Shown here piece by piece: positions 15,823-17,788 of a stretch of 17,788 bases of DNA. A program made the position numbers and the translations under genes. The notes under the pieces are model-generated. The model did no database searches and was not told the origin of the DNA. It worked only from the letters and a program-made list of their open reading frames with translations. The stretch lies in NCBI GenBank assembly GCA_030614005.1, contig JAUWKS010000066.1, positions 1-17,788 on the forward strand, written 5' to 3'. How positions within the stretch are numbered: the stretch's first letter is position 1; the number at the start of each line of letters is the position of its first letter. The DNA comes from Candidatus Heimdallarchaeota archaeon (GTDB lineage Archaea; Asgardarchaeota; Heimdallarchaeia; JABLTI01).

Positions 15823-16614
15823 GTGACTATAAAAAATTCAACAGAACGACTAATTGATCTTTCAGAAGCAGAAGTGAAAAAGCTAATCAAATCAAAACTG
15901 AACAATAAGAATTCTAATCTCCCATACGGTTTTTGGCGATGTGCACAAGGAAAAGAACATTCAAGAATAGCAATAAAATATCTCATTGAAGATCATTTGC
16001 AATTGAGTCTTGATGAAGTACCAAAGAAAATTAATGCAAAAATATTTCATGATATAGGATTATTTCGTTTATTAGTGGAGCATTTTGATTCATCGTATTT
16101 TAAAGCGTTGGAATTTACATATCCCGGTAAATTTAAACCTTGGCAGTTTTCAAAAGGCATGACTGGTATCTGGTGTGGGGATGCCGGGAAGAAGCGATCA
16201 CATGATGCAATTAACTATATTATAAACGAGCTAGACATTACTAAAGAAAAAATTCCTGAAAAGTTAAATTATGGAACATTTAAAAAATTTGGATTAGGAG
16301 GGATGCTGCAAACTCTCTATAACAGTTCACCATTTTTAGCTATTGATTCTCTTTATCCTAATGAATTCAAACCATGGGAATTTCATGTGAAAAATTTTTG
16401 GGTTGATAAATCAATTGAAACTGCAAGAGAAGCAACGAAATGGTTGGTAGATGAAAAACTAAAACTATCAGCTAACGAATTAAATACTATCCGCAGGAAG
16501 CATTTTTTACAATATAGTTTAGGGCAAATGTTAAAAAAATTCTATAGAAATTCACATTTAGTTGCGCTATATGATAGCTATCCAGATCTATTCAAAGATA
16601 AGTATTCTTTTTAA
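15823..16614 (+). CDS. DUF4046-like repeat protein
   Basis: About three repeats of W...G....AI.Y...L...P......F...GL..ML...Y..S.F.A+...YP.+FKPW(Q/E)F. Confidence 0.6.
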   Translation: MTIKNSTERLIDLSEAEVKKLIKSKLNNKNSNLPYGFWRCAQGKEHSRIAIKYLIEDHLQLSLDEVPKKINAKIFHDIGLFRLLVEHFDSSYFKALEFTYPGKFKPWQFSKGMTGIWCGDAGKKRSHDAINYIINELDITKEKIPEKLNYGTFKKFGLGGMLQTLYNSSPFLAIDSLYPNEFKPWEFHVKNFWVDKSIETAREATKWLVDEKLKLSANELNTIRRKHFLQYSLGQMLKKFYRNSHLVALYDSYPDLFKDKYSF

Positions 16615-16688
16615 AGGATATTACGAAAGCTTTCAAATAGGTAAAAGTAAAAACAATTGTTAGATTTTACCAAGGAGTAGAAAGCAAA

Positions 16689-17123
16689 TTGAAATTACGA
16701 TTATTAGACATACTTGCATGTCCGATCGACAAAACATGGCCACTAAAAATACACATCTTTGAGGAACGGGAGATCTCTGACCCCAAAATCCCCCAAGCAG
16801 ATGAAATTACCAAAGTGGTTTGTAAATACTATTGTGGAAGAAATGATTTGGTGTTATCTAATGAAATCTCAGATACGGCTGATGGTTCAGCTAAAACTTT
16901 AGCGCCAACTGCAGAAGCAAGCAAAGTAAGCTATGATAAGGATTGCAAAGAATGTTTTTCAAAAGAAATAATTTCAGGGATAATCAAATGTTCAGCATGT
17001 GAAACATATTATCCTATTATCGAAGAAATACCAATGATGTTAAAAGTTGAACTCCGAAATGAGGACATTGAGAGGAAATTTACCTTGAAATGGGCTGAAA
17101 AGATTAAGGAATTACTTCAGTAG
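16689..17123 (+). CDS. trm112: Trm112-family methyltransferase activator with an internal Cys-rich insertion
   Basis: MKLRLLDILACPIDK N-terminus and GIIKCSACETYYPIIEEIPMML C-terminal motif; TTG start with AGGAG SD. Confidence 0.85.
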   Translation: MKLRLLDILACPIDKTWPLKIHIFEEREISDPKIPQADEITKVVCKYYCGRNDLVLSNEISDTADGSAKTLAPTAEASKVSYDKDCKECFSKEIISGIIKCSACETYYPIIEEIPMMLKVELRNEDIERKFTLKWAEKIKELLQ

Positions 17124-17287
17124 AAAAACAGTCAAAATTTTTATTAAAACTGAAAAACCGAAGAAAAAAGAAAATAAACTTTACAAAAATGTCCAGAGGT
17201 AAAGAATTATAATTAAGAACCATTTAATAGGAAATACGTTGGATTAAATGGTGCAGACAACTATCCTGGAAGCTGGTGTAATCGCGG

Positions 17288-17539
17288 GTGTACAAGGACT
17301 TAACAAGCATCGATCCATTAATAATATTCAGATGTAAAAATAAACAATGTCGGCATATATTCCCCCCAACACCGCTGCTAAGTGAAGCGGAAAAAAAACT
17401 TTACTTTGAGTGTCCATTATGTGGCTCAAAATATGAAGCACATTACACCAATGTAAAGGCATATGCAGATCAACAATCGATCATGCTCCAAGAACGGCCA
17501 AAAATGGTATTTCAAGGAACAAGAATAGCAAGCTCTTAA
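17288..17539 (+). CDS. Small zinc-finger protein
   Basis: CKNKQC ... CPLCG; GTG start; lies directly upstream of the Rab-like gene. Confidence 0.6.
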   Translation: MYKDLTSIDPLIIFRCKNKQCRHIFPPTPLLSEAEKKLYFECPLCGSKYEAHYTNVKAYADQQSIMLQERPKMVFQGTRIASS

Positions 17540-17564
17540 AAAGAAAAACAAGAGGGCAAATACA

Positions 17565-17788
17565 ATGACCAGTTCAAAAGTAAGAGACTCATCATATATC
17601 TTCAAAGTATTGCTGATCGGAGAAGCAGCAGTAGGCAAAACTAGTTTGACATTGAAATTCATTAGTGGGAAATTTAAATCTGATTATTTGCTAACTGTGG
17701 GAATGGAGCCATACAGCAAATATATTAAAGTTGGAGACGATTTGGTTACATTATCCATTTGGGATATCGCGGGTCAGCAAAGATTCGA
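17565..17788 (+). CDS. Rab-like small GTPase (Ras superfamily), 3'-truncated by window edge (not in the ORF track)
   Basis: MTSSKVRDSSYIFKVLLIGEAAVGKTSL (G1) ... YLLTVG (G2) ... LSIWDIAGQQRF (G3). Confidence 0.9.
   Translation, partial: MTSSKVRDSSYIFKVLLIGEAAVGKTSLTLKFISGKFKSDYLLTVGMEPYSKYIKVGDDLVTLSIWDIAGQQRF

Noticed and set aside
17245-17310. GC-richer stretch resembling a tRNA
   Set aside because: No cloverleaf and no TTC/D-loop consensus; overlaps the SD and start of the Zn-finger gene.
473-17662. Other short overlapping ORFs (e.g. 473-676, 2081-2491, 2752-2934, 3960-4208, 4070-4315, 8955-9287, 10506-10907, 11376-11675, 14960-15199, 15401-15661, 17426-17662)
   Set aside because: Antisense or off-frame shadows of well-supported genes, with no recognisable motifs.

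Overview
AT-rich archaeal window, most likely from an Asgard (Heimdallarchaeia-like) genome. This is inferred from the archaeal rpoE1-spt4-DUF359-rps24e-rps27ae-bud32 operon and a Rab-like GTPase; no search was run. The left ~10 kb is an accessory island of CRISPR-related genes with no CRISPR array, cas2, cas6, cas3/cas10 or polB. Module 1 (~838-6046) holds two paralogous winged-helix-like genes, a wHTH gene, a 698-aa multidomain protein with a highly diverged Cas1-type catalytic domain, and a Cas4-like nuclease. It is bracketed by a degenerate ~22-bp direct repeat. Next come a stand-alone two-motif LAGLIDADG protein and an AbrB-family regulator that the ORF track missed, with palindromic operators. 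Module 2 is a Csm3-like Cas7 plus a Cas5 fused to a Cas10-type permuted HD nuclease, followed by a structured non-coding stretch that runs into rpoE1. As I recall, this resembles the aCas1/ARAMP loci reported from Asgard genomes (Makarova et al., CRISPR J 2020; verify), whose function I believe is still untested. rpoE1 appears to start at ATT and has a Lys-rich H1-like tail. The right part holds housekeeping and hypothetical genes.
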